NCBI RefSeq assembly: GCF_018350175.1
Contig: NC_058368.1
Coordinates: 65,660,001 to 65,724,000 of the forward strand
DNA length: 64,000 bases
Source of the DNA: Felis catus
Lineage: Eukaryota
Direction of reading: 5' to 3'
Shown: positions 25,675 to 38,730 of the stretch, piece by piece
Layout: each line of letters starts with the position of its first letter
Numbering within the stretch: position 1 is the stretch's first letter
Translations under genes and position numbers: made by a program
Notes under the pieces: model-generated
The model's input: only the letters and a program-made list of their open reading frames with translations
What the model was told of the DNA's origin: nothing
Database searches by the model: none

Positions 25675-26160
25675 ATGAATTCTTAAGCTGGACGGAGTTT
25701 GTAGATAGTACTCATGGATTCTGCAATCTGGAATGGGAACATTTCACCTTATTTTTTCTTTTGTTAGAAATTTATCATTTTCTTTAATTATTAATGTAGG
25801 TAACAAACAACTATAGAATTAGGAATATCTGTGGCTTTATCACCAATGGAATCCACACATGTATTCATATTGCATTACAATTGATGCAGATATTTCAAAA
25901 TGTCATTTACATTTATTACTACTTCCCAATGATTATTAGCAATTAGGTCTGCTGCCAGACCTTATTACTTAATGTGTTCATAAGGAAACACATCTATTAT
26001 AATTAAAAATATCTTGATAACTTCAACATAATTGTTTCTTTTGTAATACTATGTGTTTTATTTTAGGGACATTTTGTAGACATTATTCTGGGAAGGTTTC
26101 CGTGGGCTTCAGGAAAATACCAAAGGGATCCATGGCACAAAAATGTTAAAACCATTTCCT
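25675..26160. mobile_element. hAT-Charlie DNA transposon relic (Charlie4-like)
   Basis: acattattctgggaaggtttccgtgggcttca..ccaaagggatccatggcacaaaaatgttaa end with AT-rich internal segment. Confidence 0.65.
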
Positions 26161-26239
26161 TTAGACATGTGCAATAGTATATACCATTGGAGAGTATACC
26201 AGTGTGAACTCTCAAAGGTAATATGGAGAGTAATAAAAT

Positions 26240-26450
26240 GACTGATGATTGTGTTTTATTATGTACCAGGTACGTTATTTAATTTATTTCCTATAGCAAA
26301 CCTGAGGCAGAAGTTATCCCCATTTTTTTTGAAGGAAAACTGAGGCTTAAAAAGTATAAGTAACTCCCTCTAGGTCATATATCTGGCAAGTAAAAATTCA
26401 TACTTAGATCTGTTGATTGATTGTATGCTCTTAACCACCAAAATATACTG
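26240..26450 (-). mobile_element. MIR remnant
   Basis: ttatccccatttt..gaaggaaaactgaggctta..taagtaact..ggtcata..tgctcttaacca. Confidence 0.8.
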
Positions 26451-26576
26451 CTACCCACCCTAGAAGGATCAAAACTCATGATATAAAACAATCCATAGGA
26501 ATTCTGTTTCAAGAAGCAGAAGCTGAAACACTCGGTAGCCATTTGTTGGGGATAAGGAATAAAATAAATGCAGCAT

Positions 26577-26791
26577 GGGGCGCCTGGGTGGCGCAGTCGG
26601 TTAAGCGCCCGACTTCAGCCAGGTCACGATCTCACGGTCCGTGAGTTCGAGCCCCGCGTCAGGCTCTGGGCTGATGGCTCAGAGCCTGGAGCCTGTTTCT
26701 GATTCTGTGTCTCCCTCTCTCTCTGCCCCTCCCCTGTTCATGCTCTGTCTCTCTCTGTCCCAAAAATAAATAAACTTTAAAAAAAATAAAT
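26577..26791 (+). mobile_element. Young feline SINEC_Fc, full length
   Basis: Same diagnostic head as the copies at 7424 and 19482. TSD aaataaatgcagca at 26562-26575 and 26792-26805. Confidence 0.98.
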
Positions 26792-27279
26792 AAATAAATG
26801 CAGCAAAGGAAACATTTTGCTACCGCCAAGAAAATATTTCTTTTCCTTTTTTGTGTGGGGGAGGGCAGTGAAAATAGCATCATTTTTTTTTCTGATCCTT
26901 TAAATTATGCACTTTCCTTGTTAAGTATTTGCACCATTCTTAAAGATGTAAGAGAAGGAAATGTTCCACTGAAATTCAAGTCTGTGAGCCACCCACCATT
27001 AACATTTTGGATACCAACCATCCTCTCATCTGTCTCTTTATATATGTGCGTGTCTCTTTATATGTGTATATATGTATTGAGGTCAAATGGTGCATACCTT
27101 TTTGAGGATGAATATTAGCCACTCCCTCGTATCCTGCCTTCTGAATTGTATCCCACTCCTCGACCCCACCTGTTGGTAGAGGCATATTATTCACCTAACA
27201 CATGTCCTCCCCGACCCAGGAAGACCTGGAAGGGACACAGACAGGATTCAGGCGACTACCCAGTAAGTGTGGATCAGCA

Positions 27280-27490
27280 TGTGCCAGCTGTGCTCCATTC
27301 AGACTGCCTGGTTTGGCTTATAGGTCCACCACTTAGCAGTGATCATTATTCAACCTTGGGCAGCATGCTTAATCCCTCAAGGTCCTTCTTTCCTCATCTG
27401 CACAGTGGGGACAACAATGCTATTCACTTGACTGAGTTATTGCGAGGCTTCAGTGAGCCATTGCGTGAAAACTTTGTGCAAGAGGATGTG
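27280..27490 (+). mobile_element. MIR remnant
   Basis: cagactgcctggttt..ccaccacttagcag..accttgggcagcatgcttaatc..tttcctcatctgcacagtggggacaacaat. Confidence 0.85.
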
Positions 27491-27517
27491 GTCAGCATCC
27501 AAAGCTGTGGTTAACGT

Positions 27518-27532
27518 GTCGCCCTCTGGCAG
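27518..27532 (-). promoter_or_regulatory. Candidate CTCF binding motif
   Basis: Reverse complement CTGCCAGAGGGCGAC resembles the CTCF core CCRSYAGRKGGCRS (12 of 14 positions). Motif match only. Confidence 0.45.
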
Positions 27533-28263
27533 TCCCATATTGTACCCAAGTCACGGGTAAGTGGTGCTTGGTTGACTGGACAGAACCAGCAGGAGAACCT
27601 GTAGTCCGCCTTCAACCCCGACACGTTAATAACATTCTCTGCACTTTATTTATAAAGGACAACGTTGTTCCAATTTCATAGTATATTAATATATTGTTGA
27701 GTAAATAGGTGATATGAGCCACTTGACATATACAGATTGGTTTTCAGGAAGAAAATAATGCATAACCACATGAAAAATCAATCTCCTAGTGTGGGGATAA
27801 AAGACATCCAGTTGGGTGTTTTGGTAAATTTTTTTCAAGTATTTAACTTCTATTTCTCTGACTAGAACTTAAGAAAACGAATCAGTATTTTAGGCCATTC
27901 CCACCTCTTACCTTTATATTTTTGTGTGCTCCAGGGGTGGCTAGGGGCTGTAGAGACCAATGATTTTTACTAATTGCTGTCAGATTATAGTTGAGTGATT
28001 AAACCACCAAAAAGGAAGAGAAACTAAATGAAACAAGGCATAATTTGTTAGGTAAGATTGTTTCACAGTGTTTTACCATTTTGCTAAGAATCGCAGCACT
28101 AGCAGCCATTGGATCAGCTTGAGTATATTATGAGAAAATCATGAAAGGAGATGTTACAGAATTCTAAGGAAAATATTTACTTGCTAACTCAAAGAAGTTC
28201 ACACCTGTTTTCACTTGATCTGCGAGCCTCACTTAAAACGTGTTTTCCTTACAAATCTGGAAA

Positions 28264-28286
28264 ATGTCAGAGAATGAACTTGGAAG
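28264..28286 (+). other. Candidate short coding exon end (ATG..MSENELG + 2 nt) of an unidentified gene
   Basis: gaaaATG with A at -3, followed 23 nt later by a consensus donor AAG|GTAAGT, in apparently repeat-free DNA. Possible acceptor tgtttcacag| at 28068. Confidence 0.3.
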
Positions 28287-29021
28287 GTAAGTAGATTGGA
28301 AACTATTCTATTTGTTAAAATAGGAATGGATATTGTATTCATGGTTTTTTACTGATTATTATATTTTTGGCTCCTATAAGTTCATAGGCAATGAGTTCCT
28401 TGAATTTAGCGCTCATTGTTTAATATACTGATTTTTTATTCATCCACGACGTCTCCTCATCGAACATTTAGAGTGAAAGCATATTCGTGATTTAATAGAC
28501 TTCGAGCAAATCTCTTCTCAGCCTCCAAATGTTATATACTGCCTCATACAGTACATTCCATCCCCAGGAGCTTGCTGGCTGAGCTCTCCTTCACTTCAAA
28601 GCCATGAGGCTTTTCAGACGTTCAGTTTTCCTGAGTTGAGTATTTCTCAATATATCAGCATCTTCCTGTTCTCAGTGGTACATCGAACTTCTGTCTTCAG
28701 AAAACAGGCGTTAATGATTTCTGTGTCCTTGTTGTGAGTGGCAATTGATCACTTTAAGCTATGTCATCCCATCAGCTTGTAAATATGGAATACATTACTT
28801 TTCACTAAATACATTATCCTGTCCATTTCCCCATTGAAGCTTATCTCCTGCATTTCAACCTGTTAGCCTTTTAAAATTGGTCTGCATTTTATTTCCTTTA
28901 GATTGAACTACTTCATTATTTTAAAAATTTTATACCTTCTTTAAATTTGGAAATGACTCTTCTTCTGGTTCATTTTTTAAAATACCAAATAAGGTCATTC
29001 ATGAGACTTATCACTGAAGGA

Positions 29022-29035
29022 TGTGTGTGTGTGTG

Positions 29036-29102
<67 letters not shown>
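29022..29102. repeat. Compound microsatellite (TG)10 C (AT)12 (AG)18
   Basis: Read directly. Followed by degenerate TA/CA tracts to about 29355. Confidence 0.98.
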
Positions 29103-29105
<3 letters not shown>

Positions 29106-29379
29106 TTAAATAACAAAAAGGAAGAAAACCAATGTATATACATATATACACATCATATATACACTTATACATATATATACATATATATGTAGTTGAGTAT
29201 ACATATACACACATATATACATATATATGTAGTTAAGAGATTAAATAACAAAAAAAGGAAGAAAAACTAAATGAAACAATGAATATATGTATATATATTA
29301 TATATATATTAATTATATATATTTATACTATATATATTTATACTGTATATATTATTACTCTGATTTATCTTAATGTACT

Positions 29380-29840
29380 ATTTCAAACACTGGGAGCCAT
29401 TTCTTAGCTAGCTTAAGAAATCACTTGTGTGTCCATGTCCTACTGTGACAGCTTTATTTACAACAGTGATCATTTAGAAACAATTTAAATACCTAACAAT
29501 AGGTATTACATACATTATGATATTTTCATATCGTATAACAGTCATGCCATTAAAGAGCAAAGTTTATGTTTTAAGGAAAGTTAATGGAATAGGAAAACAT
29601 TCACTGTATGTCATTAAAATAAACAAGCAGATTGTAATTTGGGTAAACAGTAGGATTCCAGGATAATTTTTAAGACTCTTTAGGTAGGCAGAGGAATTAA
29701 AGGGAACGAAGTATATTAAAATAGGAATCATGGTTAGCAATCAGTGTGGTGAGGTTGTGGGTGACGTAGATTCTGTTTTTGTTTTGTTTTATTTTCCTTC
29801 TGGATTGTCAACATATATTACTGTTGTAACCAGGAGTAAA
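29380..29840 (+). mobile_element. Ancient L1 (L1ME-like) 3' fragment
   Basis: cagctttatttacaacagtga..tagaaacaatttaaatacctaacaatagg and gccattaaa resemble the L1 ORF2 end and 3'UTR. Confidence 0.55.
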
Positions 29841-32301
29841 TACATTAATAAATAAATGGTGGCCCAGAACCTGACATTTCTTTACTGCATTCTTTCCCCA
29901 GAGTAAGGAGTTTAGTGGAATTTAGTCAAATGCAGTCATATTCAGTGAACCCTCTGATTAAACACACAGCCAAAATTCTTTCAGAATTCCACAGCATTTC
30001 ACTAGAGAACAGGTCAAAGCAAGAGAACAAACGCAGGGGTGCAAGATTGGGTTGTCGTAGGACTGACGGGAAGAGCAAGAACTGGAAAGGTACAAGGGGT
30101 GTGGGGTGGAGACGGTAAGCATGAGGGCCAGGGCGGGGAACGAGGAGCATGTAGCCACAGAGCCTCGCCTCTGGGCAAGGGCCAAAGGAAAGAATCTCAC
30201 CTTGGAACACAGCTCAAATTCTGTTTTTGAAAGTATCCTGACCTTAATTGTTCATGATCATTTCCAGTTAAAATGTGGTGAGATCCTACTGCATTCTTTT
30301 GCTGGGTGTTTTGTGGAGGACTAATGTTGTAAGTAGACAAGAAAGCATGAAAAATGATTTTAAAGGTTTGTATTGGAAATGCAGTGTGTGGATCTGAACC
30401 AAAGGTTACATAGTTGGTTACATACCAGAATGACTTCCAGCTAAAAGAGAAGAAATAAGACCCATTGTTCCTAAACTGATAGAAAAGGCCCATTCTTTTG
30501 GCAAAGAGGACCCAGACTTGGAGACGTTTTTGACTTTTGTAATAACTCAAGAACTGATCATTTCTCTCTTAACAAGCCCTTGCCTGGCTTGCCAACAAGT
30601 AACAAGGAAGGCTCACTGAACATTTGATTCAAATCCCATCTTGCTCTGTGGTGTTTTAGAAAGTCCTTGTGTTTTATCTATCACCCTTCTCTGTCTGGGG
30701 AAGAAAATATGCTACTCATGGGTATATGTTTACAAGTAGAAAACATCATTTTTTTTCTCAATTCAGAGCACTTGTCGATTTATAATTTGCTGAGAAGTAA
30801 ATAATGGTATGCTTTACTTTGAATTGGCATGGGTAAATGGTAACAAGAGATCTACCTTTTCTATTCTTTGGAGTGCCTGTACATGACAATCTTTATCATC
30901 ACACGAACGCACACATCTGCTGGCCATTTAAAGGAAAAACAAAACACTGTGAAAGGCAAATCTATTCCCCACTCCCCCATAGCCTCACAGTTGCAGAAGG
31001 GAAGGCGCTCCAGAATATGACGGAAATTATTTCAATTGGAATGGTAGTCTCTTCGGATATTTTAACATGATTTTTAGTTTGAAAAGAATCTATACATTTA
31101 TAAGCCAACAGCAAAACCCGAAAGTATTTTCGAAAGGCAACCTCCCTCTATGAGTAGTGTAGAATTCAGGAATAAGAGAAGAGGATTAAATTATGAATTA
31201 GAGGTATGCTTCCTGTCTTGCCAAATAATATGACCACATGAAATTGCTTATGAATTCACTAACGGTCATTCATCACATTGATTAATGACCTGAATTAACT
31301 TACTAGGATTTAGTAAAATTTATTGAAATGGTAGTCCCAACCTACGTATGTAGTTTATATTCTGTTTTTTTTTTTTCATTTATGAGTATAAACTGAAGAC
31401 AGTTTCCATATTGGAAGAGTGAAAACTGTGGATTGTTTGTAAACTAGCCAACAATGTACTTTAGCCGGTTTTTCTTGGCAAATTCACATTAAATGTCATC
31501 CATCGCCAGAAATCTGTTCCATAATGATGTCATCAACAGCTTGGGATGAGAAAAAGCTACGAAAAAAAAACTAAAAGAATGCAGATGGGAAAGTAATTCC
31601 TGCATATTTTATTGACCATATGTTCCACTCCCGCCACCCCCTAATTTTACTTATTGGGCTATCAAACTAAAATCCTCATTTGAATCTTGTAGTCTTTTAA
31701 GTGTATTTTAATTTTTCCCCCATAATGAATTATGATGGTAATATTTTCTTGTTAAGCTGTTTCATTAAAATATTAATTAGGTCCTATAACTTGTGAGAAA
31801 CTTATCGCTATAATTTTAGATAGCAGTGCCAATAAATTTAACAGCATCCCTGGCATCCTGTGTCCTGAGGTCTGATGGGATAGGGGATAATCAGGCTTTT
31901 TGGTTGCTTGTTATCATGACATGAAGAAAACTAAACCACAACAGACGAAACTTGTGCTTGGAGAGCAAAGTAACAGTGAAACCCTCCTTGGCATTGTAAT
32001 GGCATTTATGCTAAAACACAAGCTACTCCTGTGTCAACATAAGTGCATGTGACACTCCCATTAAAAAGTATTCAATTACCCTAGAGACCAACTGACTCAT
32101 AGATTCTCTGTGACATTAATGGGGTTATCAAGATATGGTCTTTGAATTTCTTTGACTGTCCATCCAAATTTAATAAGCTGAACTATGTTTAAATACCATG
32201 TGTGGGAGCCAAACAGCTGGGTTAATTATGTGCCCAGTATATGCAGATTTATATTTTGCCTGTCATTCATGCATCTATTTCTTTAAGATTGAAAAACATT
32301 C

Positions 32302-32518
32302 TTAAAAAAATTTTTTTAATGTTCATTTAATTTTGAGAGAGAGACACAGAGTGAGAGTGAGGGAGGGACAGGGAGAGAGGGAGACACAGAATCTGAACAA
32401 GGCTCCAGACTCTGAGCCGTCACCACGGAGCCCGATGTCAGGCTCGAACCCACTAGGTGTGAGATCATGACCTGAGCCGAAGTTATATGTTAAACTGAGT
32501 GAGCCACCCAAGCGCCCC
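32302..32518 (-). mobile_element. CAN-SINE (SINEC_Fc family)
   Basis: Antisense full-length copy. TSD aagattga(a/g)aaacattc at 32285-32301 and 32519-32535. Confidence 0.96.
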
Positions 32519-35500
32519 AAGATTGAGAAACATTCCCATGAAAATAAATGTGTAAATGCTTTTTTTATAATATGGATGTCCCTTTAGTAAGTTATTATAC
32601 ACCTATTGTGTACAAAGATGAGCCAGCCTTAGTTAATGTCTTCACTGATGATAGTCTCCGTAGGGGACGTAAAACATGTGTTGAAATGCCTCTAGTACAA
32701 TGTAGATGGTGCCAGCTTGGTGAGAAATTTGAAGAAAAACAAAGATCTCGAGGTATTCAGAAAGAGATGAGACTTAATTGGGGAAGATTGCTGTAAGGAA
32801 CTCATGGGAACTTGGGTGTAGCCTTGATGCTGAGGCCTGCTGAGAGTAGATATAATTTAGGATGTGGACAAGCTGAGAATTTTCCTGCCTGGGTCATCTC
32901 ACTGTGCTGAGTCATGAGTGTTCATGGGGTCCTCCCCATCATGGTTACCAAAGTTTTTTTAATGTGTGATTCTCCCATTATTGTCACTCCAAATCACTTC
33001 AAGGCACACATTTTTTGCTTACTTAACCTTGAGTTTATTCATTATTTCAGTTCATGCATGCCTTTTTCTTGCTCACCTTTGAGTTTCTGCTCTTAAGACA
33101 AATAGCCTGGCTTTCTCCATCTTTCCTTGTTCAAAGCGCTGAGAAACAGTTGCATGGGAAAGTTGGTCACCACTCTGAGTGAGCAGCCTATCAACTAGGG
33201 TACTTGGGTCAGATGCCTATCTCTGGTGCTGTCACCTCTAGCCAGGCATATGAAAGCAAATATCTTGCTGCCTAAACATGAGACGCATTGCTTTGGCAGG
33301 GAATGTGAGGAAGGACTCCTCCCCAGATGTGTTGTGGGTATGTTGGCACAAATGGAAAGTGGTCCAGGGAAAGCATTATGGAGGAAAGGATAGATAGCTA
33401 TACTCATCTACAGTCTTGCCTCCCCCACTTTTCTTCTGCTAAAATGGCAGAGATGCCCCTCGTATACTTCAAGGCCAACTCCTTCACCTGTGCCCATCTC
33501 CTCCCACCTAATAAGAGACCCTGCCCCTTGGATTGTTTTTCCTTTTCTCTCTTGAATTCCTGAGAGGATATAAGTTAGAGACAGACTGGATGGAGATGGA
33601 GCATGATCTTTAACAATCCACAGCTCCACATGCTGAGAGAGTTCGTGGAGCACACCTGTAATCATTCATGATAGAGGCATAACACCTCTCATGTATCTGG
33701 TTGAAATAAAATTACTGAAAGAGAAAAAGAAATCAACTTTTGAGTGTTGAAGTTACCAATGTGTAGGAATGATATGATGGCAGTATTTAATATAGCCATA
33801 GAAGAAATAAAGAATAATTCTGTTTACGGAACTTATCATATGAAATTAGCAATGTGTCCTGGAATGGAAGTGATGTGTTGTGATCATCTGTGATTATCTT
33901 TGGCCTCTTTTAGTTGACACCTTATTATCTTTAAACTGAGTCACAAATACTTAATGGTGTCTACAGTTATGATCTAGTAAGAACAGTATTCTACATAGAC
34001 AAATAAAAATGCTTGTGCTACCACAGTCTAGCAAACAAGATAAATGCATAAGCTGCTGACCATGGTACTTTGTGTTGGACCAGGTCAGCATTCCATTTAC
34101 TCTATCTCAAGTATTAATTTTCATTGAATAAATAGTCCATGTGTTACTTTGTAGCATACACTCAGATAATGTAGTTATTATACTGCAAAGTACAGTCACA
34201 TGACTGTATTTATCTTTTAGGGTTTTATCTTTTAAAAGGTAAATTCTGGCAAGACAGAACCCATAAATGATTTTGTTGTTGATGTGGGCATCATTATTTT
34301 TCCTTTCAAAATTTTCTAGAGGCCCCTACTTGTATATAATATGATCAATAGTTGATAAGTGACCTTTAATCTCTTTCTACATAATCACGTGACCAAGAAA
34401 TATCAAGTAAAACCGTATGAATCTACTGTTTTTGTGGGTTGAGTATCATCAAATGTCAGCAATTTCCTGTGGTTTAATGTGGTATATTGTCCAGCTCTTT
34501 TCTTTTTTGTGAACACTAGTATTTAAAAGAGTTTCAGCTCATTTTGTGAAGTAGACTCTAAATCAAACACAACTCATGGTATTTTTTCACTTGGATGGGG
34601 ATAGACAAACTATAGATTGTATTTTCAGATGTAATGAAAAGGTTTATGAAGGAACAGTGAGATTTCTGCTTCCCTGCCATTTATGACAATGGTTAGACTT
34701 AGGCAAATTTAGCTTCTGTTAATTTTTATGAAATTTCTCTTTGGCTTTCTTCCTTCAGAACTCCAGAATTATTCTGGAACGCAGATGAAGTACCACATAT
34801 GTGTATGGTTAAAGGCAGCTGTCTGCTTCAGTTAAAGAATCCTGGCTTGTTATGTTTATGTACACCAGAAATCTATTATTATAGGAAGAAAGGGAAGCAA
34901 TTCCTGTCATGTGGTTGAAATGCAATATTTTAAATTTCCAAGGTCTTTTGTAACTTTATTTCACAGTACATTATGAGATTCAATATCTACATATATTTCT
35001 CGTGATCAGATTCTCATATTTTAAGAATTGCATAATATTATCTTCCTTCAAATTAAATAATGAAATCTTTGGGAGTAGATCTTGCAGTGAATTTATCGTC
35101 TTGAAAAAAGGAAATAAAAATACATGATGGGAAATTCATATTTTTCACAATTCTCAAGGGTCAAGTTATCCAAAACTTGGTTCCTAAAACTTTTGCTTCT
35201 ACATTTCAAGTACTCTATACTAAACCTTTATATTTTGGTAAGATCTGAGGAATCTGAATTGATGTAAGTAATATTCTTGCCCCAGATCTATAAATATGAT
35301 TTGATTGTCCCAAGTAGATTTTAATAAAGCAATGTGAGAAATGTTACAGTTGTATTTACATAATTGGGTTTCTGGAATAAAGACTCTTACCATCAGGATC
35401 TTTGCTTAGAAGAGAACTGTTTTAGGGAAGTCTATTATAGACTTAAGAAAAACTTGTCACTTAGTGAAGTGTCAGAAGGATCTCATTCTGATATAGCCAA

Positions 35501-35577
35501 ACCTTAGAATGAGTCTGGACTGTAATCGTGCTCCCCAAAGAAATTAAAAAAAAAATTCAGAGCTACGAATTAAATTT

Positions 35578-35625
35578 ATGATATGTGTGTGTGTGTGTAT
35601 AAAAATATGTGTGTGTATATATATA

Positions 35626-35684
<59 letters not shown>
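35578..35684. repeat. Compound (TG)n/(TA)n microsatellite
   Basis: Read directly from the sequence. Confidence 0.97.
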
Positions 35685-35690
<6 letters not shown>

Positions 35691-37004
35691 CACCCCCCCT
35701 GCTATATATAAATATAAACCACACACACACATACCACAGTTCCTAACACATTGGGAAGACATGGAAAATATAGGCCAAATTCAGTTTAATGGTAGAGAAA
35801 AATAATGTCAAGGAATATGTACATATCAAAATTCTGACCATAATTTTTGGAAGCAAGTCTTTGATCAAATCCACTTTCCAAGACTGTCAGTAGCTACTGA
35901 CTACCCAGATGAAAGGGCACATATGCTTGTTGTTTTTTTTTTTTAAACATTCCTAGTCAATTCAATAATTGGTTAGGGTTAATAGTCATCTTAAGTATCT
36001 CACGTTCAGTCCAAGTACTTGAACACATAAAAGATTCATGAGTGCACCTTTGCATGATTGCATTCTGTTCTCAGGCCTGCCATCATTTCCTTCAAAATCA
36101 CATTTTTTTGGAACCTGCTTCTGTGTACTCTGATGATATACTGTCAGCACTCATAATTGCAGGTTAGCAGATGTTCTTGCTTTAAGACTTTCTTGGAAAA
36201 TGTGCATTCATAAAGAAGTGTTAAGTATATGTGAAAAACTAAAGAGGTCTGCAAATATTAGAGCTTTCCCCAGTCTCTACATCTAAATAGCATGTGCAAA
36301 CTCAAGAAAGGGCACTCACAAACCACTTTTAAGTGAATGCTGCATGTTTCTCTTTCGTTAAATAAGGCCCAGGACATTTGGATGAGATATTTAAAATGCA
36401 GAAAATTATTCACATTGTTCCATTAGAAAGTGAAAACGTCTGAACCTTTTAAAAACTATCAGTAGGATTCTCTTAATTTTTTTTTTCATATAATTATTTT
36501 AGGAAATAAAGACAAGCTTTGTCGACTGTGAAAATTTTGTTTTGTAGGGTCTCTTTTTTTTTCTTTAAACAAAAACAAAGAATTTATTGAAAAGAAAAGA
36601 AGCCTGTCTGTTTCAAGAAACAGCTAAGCTTCAGGAAAGTCAGTGGCATAGATAGGCCTTGGAGGCAAATCCACCCAGGGACTTCAATGTCACTTTTCTC
36701 CTGTGGTACAAACTCTCTTTCTTTATAGCATGTAAATCTTGGCTGCAAAGTCCCCTTGACTTATATTGTTGAAGTTCAGCTACCAGGAAGAGGCAAATTC
36801 CTATTTCAGATCCTAATTCAGAATTACATTAACATAATCCATACAACCATAGATATACATCTCCTTCCCAAAGGGATGTCATCCAGACTAGGCATCGCGT
36901 GTGGAAGCAAGGAGGAAATGTTGGTCTCCAATCTCTCTGGATGGTGTCCTCGCCCCACCTGTTCAGGCCAGACACATCACCATCCTGCAAACTAAGGACT
37001 AAAT

Positions 37005-37185
37005 CAATGGTTCTCAAACCTGGCTGCACATTAGAATCTCCCTTGGGAGCCATTAACAAATACCAATGCCTATACTCCATTCCAGACCAATTAAGTCACA
37101 ATCTTTGGGCATGGAGCCTGGGGCATCGGTATCCTTTAAATGCTCCCCAATGATTCCACTACACAGACAGGATTGAGAACCACTG
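37005..37185. mobile_element. MER5A-like hAT-Charlie MITE, full length
   Basis: Terminal inverted repeats caatggttctcaa / ttgagaaccactg. 8-bp TSD gactaaat / ggctaaat. Confidence 0.9.
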
Positions 37186-38554
37186 GGCTAAATGATAAAT
37201 TTAAACTTAATGGAGGAAAAACAAGATAACCACCATAACCACCATTAAAACCCCCGTTTAAGAAAAGGAAAACCATATAGAAGTCCTAATTGATCTCAGA
37301 CATTTTAAATCTGTTAGAGTTGACTTTTTCCAATAACTGGTTCACAGGAAACAAATTAACAATATATTTTGCCTCTTCCTGTTTGTCTAATTTAAAGATT
37401 TTATAGAAACACCTTAATATATTTTCCTGTTTCTGTTCCTCATCCTTGCATATGGATTTGTGGTGAATTTCTTTGTAAGATTTCAATATTTGGTTGACCT
37501 CTTTTACAAGGTCACAATGCAGCAAACCCAACAATGACCCTATTCTGGTCTCCACAACAGATTTGTCTTACCTCTTTCCCCAGAGCCTCCCTCTCATCCC
37601 CTCGCTTCTGCCAGCTTGCATCCATAACGTCACAACTATTAATGAACTCAAATAACAGAACAAGAGCATGTTCCTAAACTCAGCCAATATATTTGGGTAT
37701 ATTAGGTATCACATGATGTTTCTTAATACACTTGTGGAAAATTTGATTTCTGTAGGTTGGAATCAGGAGAAGGTGCTTTGAGTTTGCCACTTCTTCCCCT
37801 TCTGTCCTTGAGGGAGCTCCGTATAGCGAGGATTTGGTCTCCACCAAATTCTGTAGGAGAAATTGGGTTTAAACTTCCAGAACTTGTTGCACTCGCTTCC
37901 CTTTCAAGCATTTAAACTATCTTTTTCAAATGACACATCCTATGTCTGAGTCATGTATGTTGGCAATAAATAAATGTGCAACAATATGGATATTTTTGTT
38001 TGTTTCAGGAGATATTTGCTAAGACTTTGAATATCACATTTTGTGTATATGCTAGAACACTTTATTTGACTTTCAGTATAAAAATACATCTGCCAAAGGG
38101 AATGATTCTACTTGGAATAGTTAAGCCAGTTTAAATTTAGTTTAGAATAGCCTACTTTTAAAAGTATAACATTTATGTTTCTTTATATGCAACTCATAAT
38201 ATTCAACTACTTAGAGGGAAATGCTAGAATAGTGATTCAAGAAGACACATTCATATCTAGAAATCATGTCCCTGCTCCTGACACATTTACACAGAAAGCA
38301 GTGGCTTTTAGAGAAAGAACCAGACACTTTATTTAGGCAGCTGTGGGAATATGATGAATGAGGTCAGTGGTTCGCTAACCTCAATTCCTCTCCCGTGGGC
38401 ACCACTGGCTTCTCTAAAAGTATCCTATAGTTATCAGTATCGTATGTGAATTTGTCTGCTCTATGTCTGTGACATCCTAGAATGTATTAAGCCTTCAGAA
38501 GAAATCTTGTAGATTTTTTATTTCAATGTTTTAAATTACATAATTTGTATGGTT

Positions 38555-38646
38555 ATATATTTTATATATACAATATACATGTTATAGTGGGTATATATTA
38601 TATATGAATATATATTATATGAATAGTATATATACATATATGTGTA

Positions 38647-38694
<48 letters not shown>

Positions 38695-38730
38695 CATGTA
38701 ATATGTTATTTGTACACACACACATACATA
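38555..38730. repeat. (TA)n-rich low-complexity tract with a perfect TA run
   Basis: Read directly from the sequence. Confidence 0.93.

Noticed and set aside
33200..33700. GC-richer patch that might be an old LTR
   Set aside because: I could not match it to any family with confidence.
37286..37555. 89-aa charged ORF on the minus strand (..KSYKEIHHKSICKDEEQKQ..)
   Set aside because: It starts at a non-ATG codon, resembles no family I know, has no clear splice signals, and its length is within chance expectation.
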